A stretch of DNA of 64,000 bases from Myxococcaceae bacterium (lineage in GTDB: Bacteria > Myxococcota > Myxococcia > Myxococcales > UBA5297), in NCBI GenBank assembly GCA_017500825.1, contig JAFVYB010000114.1, positions 5,420 to 69,419 of the forward strand, read 5' to 3'. The position numbers were made by a program, and so were the translations under genes. Below are positions 31,805 to 40,292 of this stretch, one piece after another. Each line of letters starts with the position of its first letter. The stretch's first letter is position 1. The notes under the pieces were generated by a model, which ran no database searches, was not told where the DNA came from, and worked only from the letters and a program-made list of their open reading frames with translations.

Positions 31805-32665
31805 ATGCCTCCTCCCGCTCCCAGCTTCCTCAAAGCGGCCTTCAAGCTGCCCTTCAACGTCGGCGTGCTCGGCGCCTCGACAATCGGCTGCGCCCTGGCC
31901 GCCGCCTCGTCGGGCGAACCGATGTTCATCGCCCTCGTCCCGGCCATCGAAGGCCTCTTCCTCGGCGTCACCGCCAGCCTGCCGGGCTTTCGCCGCCAAG
32001 TCCGCGCGCGACACGAGGCAGACGTGCGGGCGTTCGAACGAACCGAGCGCCAGCAAAAGCTCGAACGCGACGTGGCCGCCCTCTCCGCCAGCCAGCGCGC
32101 CTGCTTCCTCGAACTCAAGGCGCTGACCGACAAGACGCTCGCCTGCTACGCCCGCCTGCCCTCCGGCGGCATGCTCGTCGCCTCCTCCGAGGTCCAGCTG
32201 CAGAGCCTGCTCGACATGTTCGTCAAGCTTCTCGGCGCGCTCAATGGCTACCGGCGCTACCTCGACAACACGAGCCGCCAGCAAATCGAAAAGGAACTGG
32301 CCACGTTGCGCGTCGAGCTCGCCTCGCCTCCCGAAAACAGCGCCCACGCCTCGGTGCAAAAGCTCAAGGAGCGCCGCGTCGGCCTTTTGGAGGAACGCAT
32401 CGCGCGCTTTGACAGGGCGATCACCGGTCGCGAGCTCATCAGCCATCAGCTGGCGGGCATCGAGGACTGCATTCGCCTGCTTCACGACCAGGCGCTGACC
32501 CTGCGCGACCCAGAGTTGGCCACGCTTCAGCTCGACGACCTCGCCCATCAGCTGGCGATGACCGACGAGACCATGCGCGAGATGGAAAGCTTCAGCGCCG
32601 TCACCGAGGAGTTCGCCCAGCTCGAACCGCTGACCTCGCTGCCCGACCTGCAACCCGTGCGCTGA
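31805..32665 (+). CDS. Hypothetical membrane plus coiled-coil protein (paralog A)
   Basis: Starts MPPPAPSFLKAAFKLPF, has two hydrophobic helices, then about 200 aa helical. Homologous to the next gene (for example ERIARFDRAITGRELISHQLAGIEDCIRLL versus SKLERFAQVKDQREAAIVQLEIIEGVLDDL). Confidence 0.6.
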   Translation: MPPPAPSFLKAAFKLPFNVGVLGASTIGCALAAASSGEPMFIALVPAIEGLFLGVTASLPGFRRQVRARHEADVRAFERTERQQKLERDVAALSASQRACFLELKALTDKTLACYARLPSGGMLVASSEVQLQSLLDMFVKLLGALNGYRRYLDNTSRQQIEKELATLRVELASPPENSAHASVQKLKERRVGLLEERIARFDRAITGRELISHQLAGIEDCIRLLHDQALTLRDPELATLQLDDLAHQLAMTDETMREMESFSAVTEEFAQLEPLTSLPDLQPVR

Positions 32666-32699
32666 CTTTTCGGCGCCGCCACTTTGACTGGAACCCGCC

Positions 32700-33512
32700 A
32701 TGCCCCCGCCGACCCAAAGGCCCAGCTACCTCAAGGCCGCCATCGACCACCCCATGCACAGGACCGCGCTCGGCGTCCTCGTCATCCTCTTCGCCCTCTG
32801 CCTCTGGCGCCGGCTGTGGTCGATCGCGCTCCTCCTCATCGCCGCCGAGGCGCTCTACCTCTTCCTCGCGCCGCGCCTGAGCCCGTTCCAAAAGGCCTGC
32901 GACGACAAAAACGCGCGCCTCGAAGCCCAAAAGCGCGCGGCCACGCTCGAACAAATCGCCTCACGCCTGTCGACCAACGCCAAAGCCCGTTACGACGGCG
33001 TGCAGCGCGTCTGCGGCAAGTTCCTCGACACCCTGCGCGCCCAGCCCAGCCCGGAGGCACTCGAAGCGCTCTGGGCGCCGCGCCTCAAGACGCTCAGCGA
33101 ATGGGCCCTGCGCCTGCTCGTCTCGATCGACGCCACGCGCGCCGACAGCCGCGATCTGCGGGCGCTGCAGAACGAGATCGAATCGCTCGAACGCGAAATC
33201 GCCGCTCTCGCCGAGGGCAGCGCCACCCTGGCGGCCAAACAGCAGAAGCTCGCCCTGACGCGTTCCAAGCTGGAGCGCTTCGCCCAGGTCAAAGACCAGC
33301 GCGAGGCGGCCATCGTGCAGCTGGAGATCATCGAGGGCGTGCTCGACGACCTGTTGGCCAAGGGACTCTCCGGACACGACGAGGCGGCCTTTGGCGCGCA
33401 GCTCGCCCTTCTCTCCGGCCAGGTCGACGCGCTCGGCGACAGCCTCGGCGGCATGGCGCGGCAACAGAGCGACGCCTACGCCCTCGACTCGCTCAAGGCG
33501 CTCAACAGCTGA
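32700..33512 (+). CDS. Hypothetical membrane plus coiled-coil protein (paralog B)
   Basis: Starts MPPPTQRPSYLKAAIDHPM, has two hydrophobic helices (ALGVLVILFALCLW, WSIALLLIAAEALYLFLA), then a helical region colinear with paralog A. Confidence 0.6.
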   Translation: MPPPTQRPSYLKAAIDHPMHRTALGVLVILFALCLWRRLWSIALLLIAAEALYLFLAPRLSPFQKACDDKNARLEAQKRAATLEQIASRLSTNAKARYDGVQRVCGKFLDTLRAQPSPEALEALWAPRLKTLSEWALRLLVSIDATRADSRDLRALQNEIESLEREIAALAEGSATLAAKQQKLALTRSKLERFAQVKDQREAAIVQLEIIEGVLDDLLAKGLSGHDEAAFGAQLALLSGQVDALGDSLGGMARQQSDAYALDSLKALNS

Positions 33513-33589
33513 TCGAAAAAGCGCTAACCATTTGATTTTATTGATCTTTTGACCCGACTCCCCCCTCAGACGCCTCCCCGCTCTCAAAA

Positions 33590-35365
33590 ATGAATGCGAG
33601 GTTGAACGCCATGAAGAGATCGTCCCCCCTGCCCCTTGTCGTCGCCGTCCTCGCCCTTGGTGGCGCGGTCGCGTTCTTCCTTTTGCGCGAAGGCGAAACC
33701 TCCCCCCTCGAACGCATCGCGAAGACGAGCGCCCAAGTCGCCGTCATCCCGAGCGCCGATCAAATCGCCCGCGATCTGGATCGGCTGGCGAACCACGAAC
33801 TGACGGCCAAGGTGCTCGACCTCTTCGGACAGTCCGACCCCGACAAAATGTTCGCCCATGTGGCCCAAATCGTCGGCGCCGACATCCGCGACCCCAAGGC
33901 GCTGGCCGCCATCGGAATCGCCTCGGACAAACCGATCTTCGCCTTTGGCCCCAAACTCGGCGAGGCGCCGGCCTTGGCCCTGCCCGTCGCCGACAGGGAC
34001 GCCATCGAGTCATGGATCGACCGCGTGGCGCTCGCCCGCCTCGGCGCCAAACCTGCGCGCGAAGAAGATCTGAACGGCCACAGCGCCCGCGTCCACGCCA
34101 CAAAGCCCGAGGGCGCACCGGCACTCGCCAGCGTTCAGAGCGGCGGCTACCTCTATGTGGGCAACGGCCCGGGCGGACTCGACATCCTCAAAGCCGCCTT
34201 CGCCATCGAGCACGGGGACAGCCTGGCCAGCGACGCGTCCTTCGCCGCCTTTGGGCAATCGCTGGATCGGCCCTCGATTTATGGCCGCGGCCTGCTCTCG
34301 GACATGGGCTGGGCCATTGGCGCCGCTGTCACACTCGACCCGGATCGGCTCGCCCTGCGCCTCAGCCTGCCCAACGCGCCGCGACCGCCATCCGCGACCG
34401 CAAAGAGCGATCGCGCCAGCCTCAATCTGCCGCTCACCGGACGCGCCGCGCCGCGCGATCAAATCGCCCGCCTCAACCCCTCGGCGCACTTCTTCGCCCA
34501 GACTGGCATCGACCCGACCGCGCTCGTGGCCCTGCGCCCGCAAAACTCGCTCCTCACCCGCTTCGCCGAGCAAATCCTGCGCCTCCTCAACCTCGACCTC
34601 GACACCCTCGCCGCCGAGCTCGAACCTGGCGTGGCCCTCTCGGTCCGTCTGGCGCCCGAGGCCAACCTGATGGCCATCACCCGCGGTCTGGGCGGCATGC
34701 GCGGCGTCAACCCCTTCGACATCGCGCACGTCGAACTCGTGGCCCAGGTCAAAAGCGCGGAAAGGGCCCGCGCGATCCTCGATCGCGTCGCCTCGCTCGC
34801 CCCGGTCATCGGCGCCTCGGCGCAGCGCTTCACGCGCGAGGGCGAGCCTATCGACGACGGTCAAATCGCCACCGGCGCGCCCACGGCGTTCTCCGCCATT
34901 CAGGCACTGGCCTCCGCCGCGGGCCTCTCGCTCAAGGCCGGCACGCCCAACCCGGCACAAATCGCCCACCGCTGGACCTACCGCTACCGCCTCGGCGAGG
35001 GCCTAACCTTTGAGCTCGACGACAGGCGCCTCTTCGTCTCGGGCGGACGCGATGTGGCCGAAGCGCTCGCCACGCGTTCACCGGCCCAGGAGGCACCCCT
35101 TCGCCTCGACGCCTCGGATCTCGTGCTTCACACCGACCTTGGCGCGCTCATCGCCAGCCTGCGCGCGCTTCCCGAGAGCTCGTTCGGCATCGGCGGATTC
35201 GCCATCAAGTCCTCGCTCGACCGCTGGCTCGGCGCCTTTGACGCGCTCGACGCGCTGCGCCTGACCGTGAGGCAGGAGGGCGAAAAGCTCCACCTCGACG
35301 CGAGCCTCTCCTTCCAAAAACGCCCGAAACAGTCGCTCGACGCGGGCGAAACGGTGTCGCCGTGA
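33590..35365 (+). CDS. Large single-pass (N-terminal anchor or signal) protein, hypothetical
   Basis: MKRSSPLPLVVAVLALGGAVAFFLL followed by about 560 aa with no motif I can name. High GC3. Its stop overlaps the next start (ATGA at 35362-35365). Confidence 0.6.
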   Translation: MNARLNAMKRSSPLPLVVAVLALGGAVAFFLLREGETSPLERIAKTSAQVAVIPSADQIARDLDRLANHELTAKVLDLFGQSDPDKMFAHVAQIVGADIRDPKALAAIGIASDKPIFAFGPKLGEAPALALPVADRDAIESWIDRVALARLGAKPAREEDLNGHSARVHATKPEGAPALASVQSGGYLYVGNGPGGLDILKAAFAIEHGDSLASDASFAAFGQSLDRPSIYGRGLLSDMGWAIGAAVTLDPDRLALRLSLPNAPRPPSATAKSDRASLNLPLTGRAAPRDQIARLNPSAHFFAQTGIDPTALVALRPQNSLLTRFAEQILRLLNLDLDTLAAELEPGVALSVRLAPEANLMAITRGLGGMRGVNPFDIAHVELVAQVKSAERARAILDRVASLAPVIGASAQRFTREGEPIDDGQIATGAPTAFSAIQALASAAGLSLKAGTPNPAQIAHRWTYRYRLGEGLTFELDDRRLFVSGGRDVAEALATRSPAQEAPLRLDASDLVLHTDLGALIASLRALPESSFGIGGFAIKSSLDRWLGAFDALDALRLTVRQEGEKLHLDASLSFQKRPKQSLDAGETVSP

Positions 35366-36069
35366 TCGAGCTCGTCAACGTCTCCAAAAGTCATCGAACC
35401 CCCGAGGGCGAGGCCGTCCCCATCCTCTCGGAGGTCTCTCTGCGCGTCGACGCGGGCGAGTTTGTGGCCATCACCGGCCCCTCGGGCTGCGGCAAGACGA
35501 CGCTGCTCAACCTCATCGGCGCGCTCGATCGCGACTTCACGGGCGACATCCGCATCGCCGGGCAGGACATCCGGCGCCTGAGCGACCGCCAGCTGTCGGC
35601 CTTCCGCAACAAGACCGTCGGCTTCGTCTTTCAGCAGTTCAATCTGCTCGCGCCCTTGAGCGCGCTCGAAAACGTGCTCCTGCCGAGTCACTTCGACCCC
35701 TCGGGCGAGCCGCGAACGGCGCTCAGGGAGAGGGCCCAGAAGGCGCTCGAACGCGTCGGCCTCGGCGAAAAACTTTCGCGGCGCCCGGCTCAGCTGTCGG
35801 GAGGGGAACGCCAGCGCGTGGCCATCGCGCGCGCCCTGTTCGCGCGGCCGCGACTCGTCCTCTGCGACGAACCCACCGGCAACCTCGACGCCAGGACCGG
35901 TCAGGCCATCATCGACCTCTTCCGCGAGCTTGTTGCCGAACAGGCCATGACGATCGTCGTGGTCACACACGAGACGCGCCTCAGTCAGGCGGCCGGACGC
36001 GTGGTCACTCTCAGCGATCACAGGCTGCGCCCCGTCGACACAGCGGCAGCGCCACGCCAGGCGACCTGA
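35362..36069 (+). CDS. ABC transporter ATP-binding protein (MacB/LolD/FtsE-like subfamily)
   Basis: Walker A ([12 protein letters not shown]), Q-loop, signature ([15 protein letters not shown]), Walker B ([12 protein letters not shown]) and H-loop (VVVTHE). Confidence 0.9.
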   Translation: MIELVNVSKSHRTPEGEAVPILSEVSLRVDAGEFVAITGPSGCGKTTLLNLIGALDRDFTGDIRIAGQDIRRLSDRQLSAFRNKTVGFVFQQFNLLAPLSALENVLLPSHFDPSGEPRTALRERAQKALERVGLGEKLSRRPAQLSGGERQRVAIARALFARPRLVLCDEPTGNLDARTGQAIIDLFRELVAEQAMTIVVVTHETRLSQAAGRVVTLSDHRLRPVDTAAAPRQAT

Positions 36070-36171
36070 GGCCCAGGGATCGCATCGCGAAAACGCCGGC
36101 CAACTCGTCCGAAGCGCCCTCCGCCACAGACCTCGCGCCACTCGCCGCCCCAACTGCCTGCCGCCTCGCCC

Positions 36172-36846
36172 TCAGAAGAGGCGGTAGCCCAGCCCGACGA
36201 TCACCTCGTAGGCGAACTTGAAGCTGCTGTGGCCGCCGCGCTGGTGCCAGAGCATGGGACCGACCGCCGCGCCGAGCGAGGCGAAGAAGTCGCGCGTCAG
36301 CGACAGTTCGATGCCGGCGCCGACGAGCAGACCAAAGCGCAAAAGCCCCGTGGAACTCAGGGGCAGGTCGAGGGGAATTTTGGCGCTCGCGTTGAAGAGG
36401 ATTGGCAGGTCGAAACGCCGCGCGTAGCCGCCGCCGAACTGCAGGCGCAGGCCCTGTCCCGGGCGGTTGCGCTCCTCGATGTAGCGCTCGCCAAACGATC
36501 CAAAGACGCCGAGCTGCCCCTCGACAAAGAGGCTGTCGCGCACGGTTTCGCGCAGGGGAAGTCGCCCGGTGGCGGCGAACCAGAGGCTGGTCAGCGCGTA
36601 GTCAAAGCCGATTTCGCCGCCGATCTCGTAGCCGTGCATGCCCTCGCGAAAACCGCTGCGCAGCTCGGGGTAGCCAAACGTCGAGTAGTAGGCCAGGCCG
36701 CCGCGCTCGATGGGCGCCACGACCGCGCCCTTGGGCGATTCACCGTTCGCGCCAGATGCCCATCCGCCTGCCGAAGCGCCTGTCTGGGCGCCGACCGAGG
36801 CGAAGAGCGCGCCGCTCAGGATCAGGATCGCTGCTGTCGTGGACAT
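36172..36846 (-). CDS. Outer-membrane beta-barrel protein (porin/OmpW-like size), hypothetical
   Basis: Signal peptide (MSTTAAILILSGALFASVGAQ), alternating hydrophobic beta-strand pattern, C-terminal ...GLGYRLF with a terminal Phe. AAGGAGG Shine-Dalgarno 8 nt upstream of the ATG (complement at 36844-36846). Confidence 0.6.
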   Translation of the reverse strand: MSTTAAILILSGALFASVGAQTGASAGGWASGANGESPKGAVVAPIERGGLAYYSTFGYPELRSGFREGMHGYEIGGEIGFDYALTSLWFAATGRLPLRETVRDSLFVEGQLGVFGSFGERYIEERNRPGQGLRLQFGGGYARRFDLPILFNASAKIPLDLPLSSTGLLRFGLLVGAGIELSLTRDFFASLGAAVGPMLWHQRGGHSSFKFAYEVIVGLGYRLF

Positions 36847-37031
36847 CCGGGTGCCTCCTTCGCGCCAGGCTGGGCGCGCGGCCGCGCAAGGTAGGGACTC
36901 GGACAGAGGGCGCAATTTTTCGGCTACGGCCTGCTACAGGTGTGTTTTGAGTCGAAAAACATCAATAAATTCAAATAGTTAGACAACTTCGACAGCGCTT
37001 TGAAGCGCCCGGACGACAGGGACGCGCCCCG

Positions 37032-38339
37032 CTAAAAAAGAGCCCGTTCGACCTTGGACGCGCCGACGAGGACGAGCGCCAGGTCGGTGAGGTTGGTGCC
37101 GCTCAGAAAGCGATCGAGCCCCAGGCGCAGCGCGCGGACCGCGGTCGAGCTGTCAAAGCCGTCGAGGTGACGCGCGAGATCGACGCCGCGCGACAGGGCC
37201 CGTTGGGCGGTCTGCCCGTCGACAATCGCTCCGGCGAAATCGGTGTCGCCATCCCGGCCATCGCTGCCAGCGCACAGTGCGCAAAAGTCGTGTCCGGCGA
37301 GCGACTGGGCGAGCGACAGCGCGAGGTGCTGCATCCGGCCGCCACTGCCACGTGCGGACGGCACGCAAAGGCGGGGCTCACCCGAGGCCACGAGCAGGAA
37401 CGGGGGACTTTGGGGCGACGACATCTCGGCGTGCGACTCGCGGACAAGGAGATCGGCGAGCGACTCCAAATCGCCATCAAAGGAAGCGGTCACGGCGCGC
37501 GCAAAGACGCCCTGGGCCGACATCAACTGGCAGGCCTTGTCAGCGAGCGAAGATGGCGAGGCGAGCAGGCGATGGCGCAGACGGAAGAGTCGGGCGTCCC
37601 CGGGCTTTGGAGTCTCTTCCATCAAGCCGTCGCGACCGCGGGCGAGGCAGTCGAGGACAGAACGCGGCACCTGGGCGCCATGGCGTTCGATGATGTCGAG
37701 CGCGTCGGCAAAGGTCGAAGGGTCGGGCAACGTCGGCCCCGAGGCGAGCGCGCCAATGTCTCCAGAGGCGATGTCGCTGAGCATCAACACGAGCCCACCG
37801 CGCGCGCGGCACTGCGAGGCGAGCCTCCCACCGCCAAGCCGCGTCAGGTGTTTGCGCACCTGATTGATGGCGTCGATCGGCGCGCCGCTCCGCAACAGGG
37901 CGTCTGTGGTGGCGGCCAACTCTTCGATCGAGAGAGGCGCCACGGGCAGCGCGGCAATCGCCGAGGCCCCACCGCTGATGAGAAAAATCGCGAATTCCTC
38001 AGGCCGCGTGGCCTCGACCGCGTCCCAAAGCGCCTGTCCCGTCTGAACGCTCGCCCGCGTCGGGATCGGGTGGCCGCCGAGATGAAGCGACAGCTGGCGC
38101 GGATGGGGTGAACGCTCGTGGGCCGCGACGACGCCGGAAAACTCGACGCGCAGCGACTCCGACGCCCCGAACGCCATGGCGCAGGCCGCCTTTCCCAGGG
38201 CGAACAGGCGAACGCGGAGCGCCGGGATGGGCGTTGTCGACAGCGCCGCGCGGACCAGAGCACGCCCCCCCAGGGACTGAAGCGATTCTCGATAGACGCG
38301 CGTCAGCAGGCGGGCGGCGGGCGAATGAACCTCGGACAT
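37032..38339 (-). CDS. Glycerate 2-kinase / hydroxypyruvate reductase-like protein (DUF4147 + MOFRL domains)
   Basis: LFALGKAACAMA, FLISGGASA, LVASGEPRLCVP..GSGGRMQHLALSLA, GSDGRDGDTDFAGAIVD and LSGTNLTDL are typical of MOFRL-family glycerate kinases. The start is ambiguous (38393, 38372 or 38339). Confidence 0.8.
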   Translation of the reverse strand: MSEVHSPAARLLTRVYRESLQSLGGRALVRAALSTTPIPALRVRLFALGKAACAMAFGASESLRVEFSGVVAAHERSPHPRQLSLHLGGHPIPTRASVQTGQALWDAVEATRPEEFAIFLISGGASAIAALPVAPLSIEELAATTDALLRSGAPIDAINQVRKHLTRLGGGRLASQCRARGGLVLMLSDIASGDIGALASGPTLPDPSTFADALDIIERHGAQVPRSVLDCLARGRDGLMEETPKPGDARLFRLRHRLLASPSSLADKACQLMSAQGVFARAVTASFDGDLESLADLLVRESHAEMSSPQSPPFLLVASGEPRLCVPSARGSGGRMQHLALSLAQSLAGHDFCALCAGSDGRDGDTDFAGAIVDGQTAQRALSRGVDLARHLDGFDSSTAVRALRLGLDRFLSGTNLTDLALVLVGASKVERALF

Positions 38340-38450
38340 GGGCGACCTCTTCAGGCGCCGCCAGGACGCCATCGCGGCACAGGCGGGCGACACGTCATCG
38401 TCAGGACGCGCAGGCCGTCACCAGACGCAAAGCCCCGCCGCGCCCACCAT

Positions 38451-39227
38451 TCAGATGCCCTCGGCGATGAGCACCGTCTCCGCCTCTTCACGGCGCAACG
38501 CCAGCTGCGCGCCCAGGCACTTGATCCACACGCTCTCGCCCCCGGGTCCGAAGCGCTCCAGCTCGATCAGCGCGTTGGGCAAAAGCCCCATGTCGAGCAT
38601 GCGTTGGCGGATGGCGCCATGCGAGACGATGTTGGCGACGCGCGCCCTTTCGCCGGGTCTGAGATCGACGAGCGACCGCGCGGGTCTGGGCGGCTTTTGA
38701 GGATGGCACAGCGCGCAGTGGTCGATCTCTGCCGCGCCGGTCGCGTCCTCGATGGCGGGCGCCTCGCCGTGTCGCCTCGGGCAGGCGTGAAAGCGCGCGA
38801 TGACGCCGTCGACGTCCGGACAGGTGTCGAGAAACTCGAAAAAGCGCACGAGCTGATTCATGCCGCTGTCGGTCAGACCGTGTTCCATGGCGCAGGACTG
38901 AGCCTCCGCCTCGTCGGGCGGCAGCTGCAGCACCTCGGCAAAGAAGCGGCAAAGCAGCTTGTGGCGGGCCAGGATCTTGCGCCCCATGCTGAGTCCCGCC
39001 TCGGTCAGGGCAATCGCGCCACGCCGCTCGTAGCCGACAAACCCCAGCTCTTCGAGCTTGCGCAGGGCCATCGACACCGAGGCCGCTTTGACCGCGCGGG
39101 CACGGGCGATGTCCTTGACGCGGACGCCGCCCTTCTTCTGGGCCAGCTCGTAGATCGTCTCCAAATAGTCTTCGAGCGAGGACGACAGACCCGGCTCGGC
39201 CGCGGGATGCGAGGGCGTTTCGTTCAT
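38451..39227 (-). CDS. DtxR/MntR-family metal-dependent transcriptional regulator with a C-terminal FeoA-like domain
   Basis: LEDYLETIYELAQKKGGVRVKDIARARAVKAASVSMALRKLEELGFV (wHTH), RHKLLCRFFAEVL (dimerisation/metal helix), and C-terminal LVDLRPGERARVANIV...LLPNALIELE (FeoA/SH3-like). A Cys/His-rich insert lies between them. Confidence 0.85.
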   Translation of the reverse strand: MNETPSHPAAEPGLSSSLEDYLETIYELAQKKGGVRVKDIARARAVKAASVSMALRKLEELGFVGYERRGAIALTEAGLSMGRKILARHKLLCRFFAEVLQLPPDEAEAQSCAMEHGLTDSGMNQLVRFFEFLDTCPDVDGVIARFHACPRRHGEAPAIEDATGAAEIDHCALCHPQKPPRPARSLVDLRPGERARVANIVSHGAIRQRMLDMGLLPNALIELERFGPGGESVWIKCLGAQLALRREEAETVLIAEGI

Positions 39228-39552
39228 GGGCGCGCCCGTCTAGTGAGGCCCAAGGAGCGCTTCAAGGGATTTCTCGCCCGTTCCAGCGCCGTCGCGTTCC
39301 GAAGCTGAGCGCCTGGCGCCATCGAGCGCGAACTGGCCCGCGCCATCAAAATGTCGAGGTTTTGTATCGCCAATTTAACCTCTCAAAATTCGCTTGCGGA
39401 CACCCGGCAGTTTTGCTTTCTGCGCCGCCGCGTTTGAGAGGCCTTTGGATGGCCAGGGCGTCCGCTCGCCCTACCTCGACGCGCTCATCTTCCGCGCGTT
39501 TTCGGCCCTTTGTCGCCCTTCGCGCACCTTACCCTACAGAGAAGGATGTCCC

Positions 39553-39981
39553 ATGTCCCGAACCCTCAAGCTCCTCTCCAGCCTCGCCCTCTCACTCTGC
39601 CTCGCCTTTGGCGCCCTCGGTTGCGACGGCGAGGAAGACCCTGAAGGCGATCTGACGCTCAGCTTCACCTGCTGGGATGGCTACAGCGCTACCTCCGATT
39701 ACTGCCACCTCTACGACCAGAACAGCGACTCAATCACCGTTCGCATCTTCGATGCCTATGGCAATCAAGTCGCCGAAGAAGTCCTCTGGTGGACTGATGG
39801 CAGCACCATTACCTTCCTGGATTTGCCCGCCAGCGACTACGGCTATGACGCCTATGTCTATTCGGCCGACGGCATTCTTCTCTATGCAAACGATGGCACG
39901 GACGGATATGGCAATCCTTACGCCCTCACCGTCCTTGAGGGACGCAATAATACATACGAAATCGCTTTAGTCCGTCCATAA
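39553..39981 (+). CDS. Small secreted, probable lipoprotein, hypothetical (142 aa)
   Basis: MSRTLKLLSSLALSLCLAFGALGC (lipobox-like ALGC), Asp/Tyr/Gly-rich mature part, GAAGGA Shine-Dalgarno. GC is lower than the core genes. Confidence 0.6.
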   Translation: MSRTLKLLSSLALSLCLAFGALGCDGEEDPEGDLTLSFTCWDGYSATSDYCHLYDQNSDSITVRIFDAYGNQVAEEVLWWTDGSTITFLDLPASDYGYDAYVYSADGILLYANDGTDGYGNPYALTVLEGRNNTYEIALVRP

Positions 39982-40014
39982 CTTAAACCTGTCGACGAAT
40001 TATTCTCGACGCCC

Positions 40015-40045
40015 AAACCCGACCAATTTATTGGCCGGGTTTTTT
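40015..40045 (+). terminator. Rho-independent terminator
   Basis: cccgaccaa (40018-40026) pairs with ttggccggg (40031-40039) with one mismatch, 4-nt loop, then T6 (40040-45). It lies 34 nt after the lipoprotein stop. Confidence 0.6.
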
Positions 40046-40292
40046 AATGCACAACAATCATCTAAACAAAACAAAAACAAGGCACTGCCGAATTTAGCTC
40101 GATTTAATTAATTTAATTATTTTATTAAATTTAAACACAACAACACCATTCAACCTTGGATTAAAAATTAAATCGGGCAAATACCCAAAGCCTCCTCAGG
40201 TGAAGCGGCATTTTTTCCTTTGACTGCGCCCTCTTTTGCCCGAAAGAGCGCCCTCCCTTTTCGCGGCCTCCCCTCCTCCCCCCTCTCACGCC

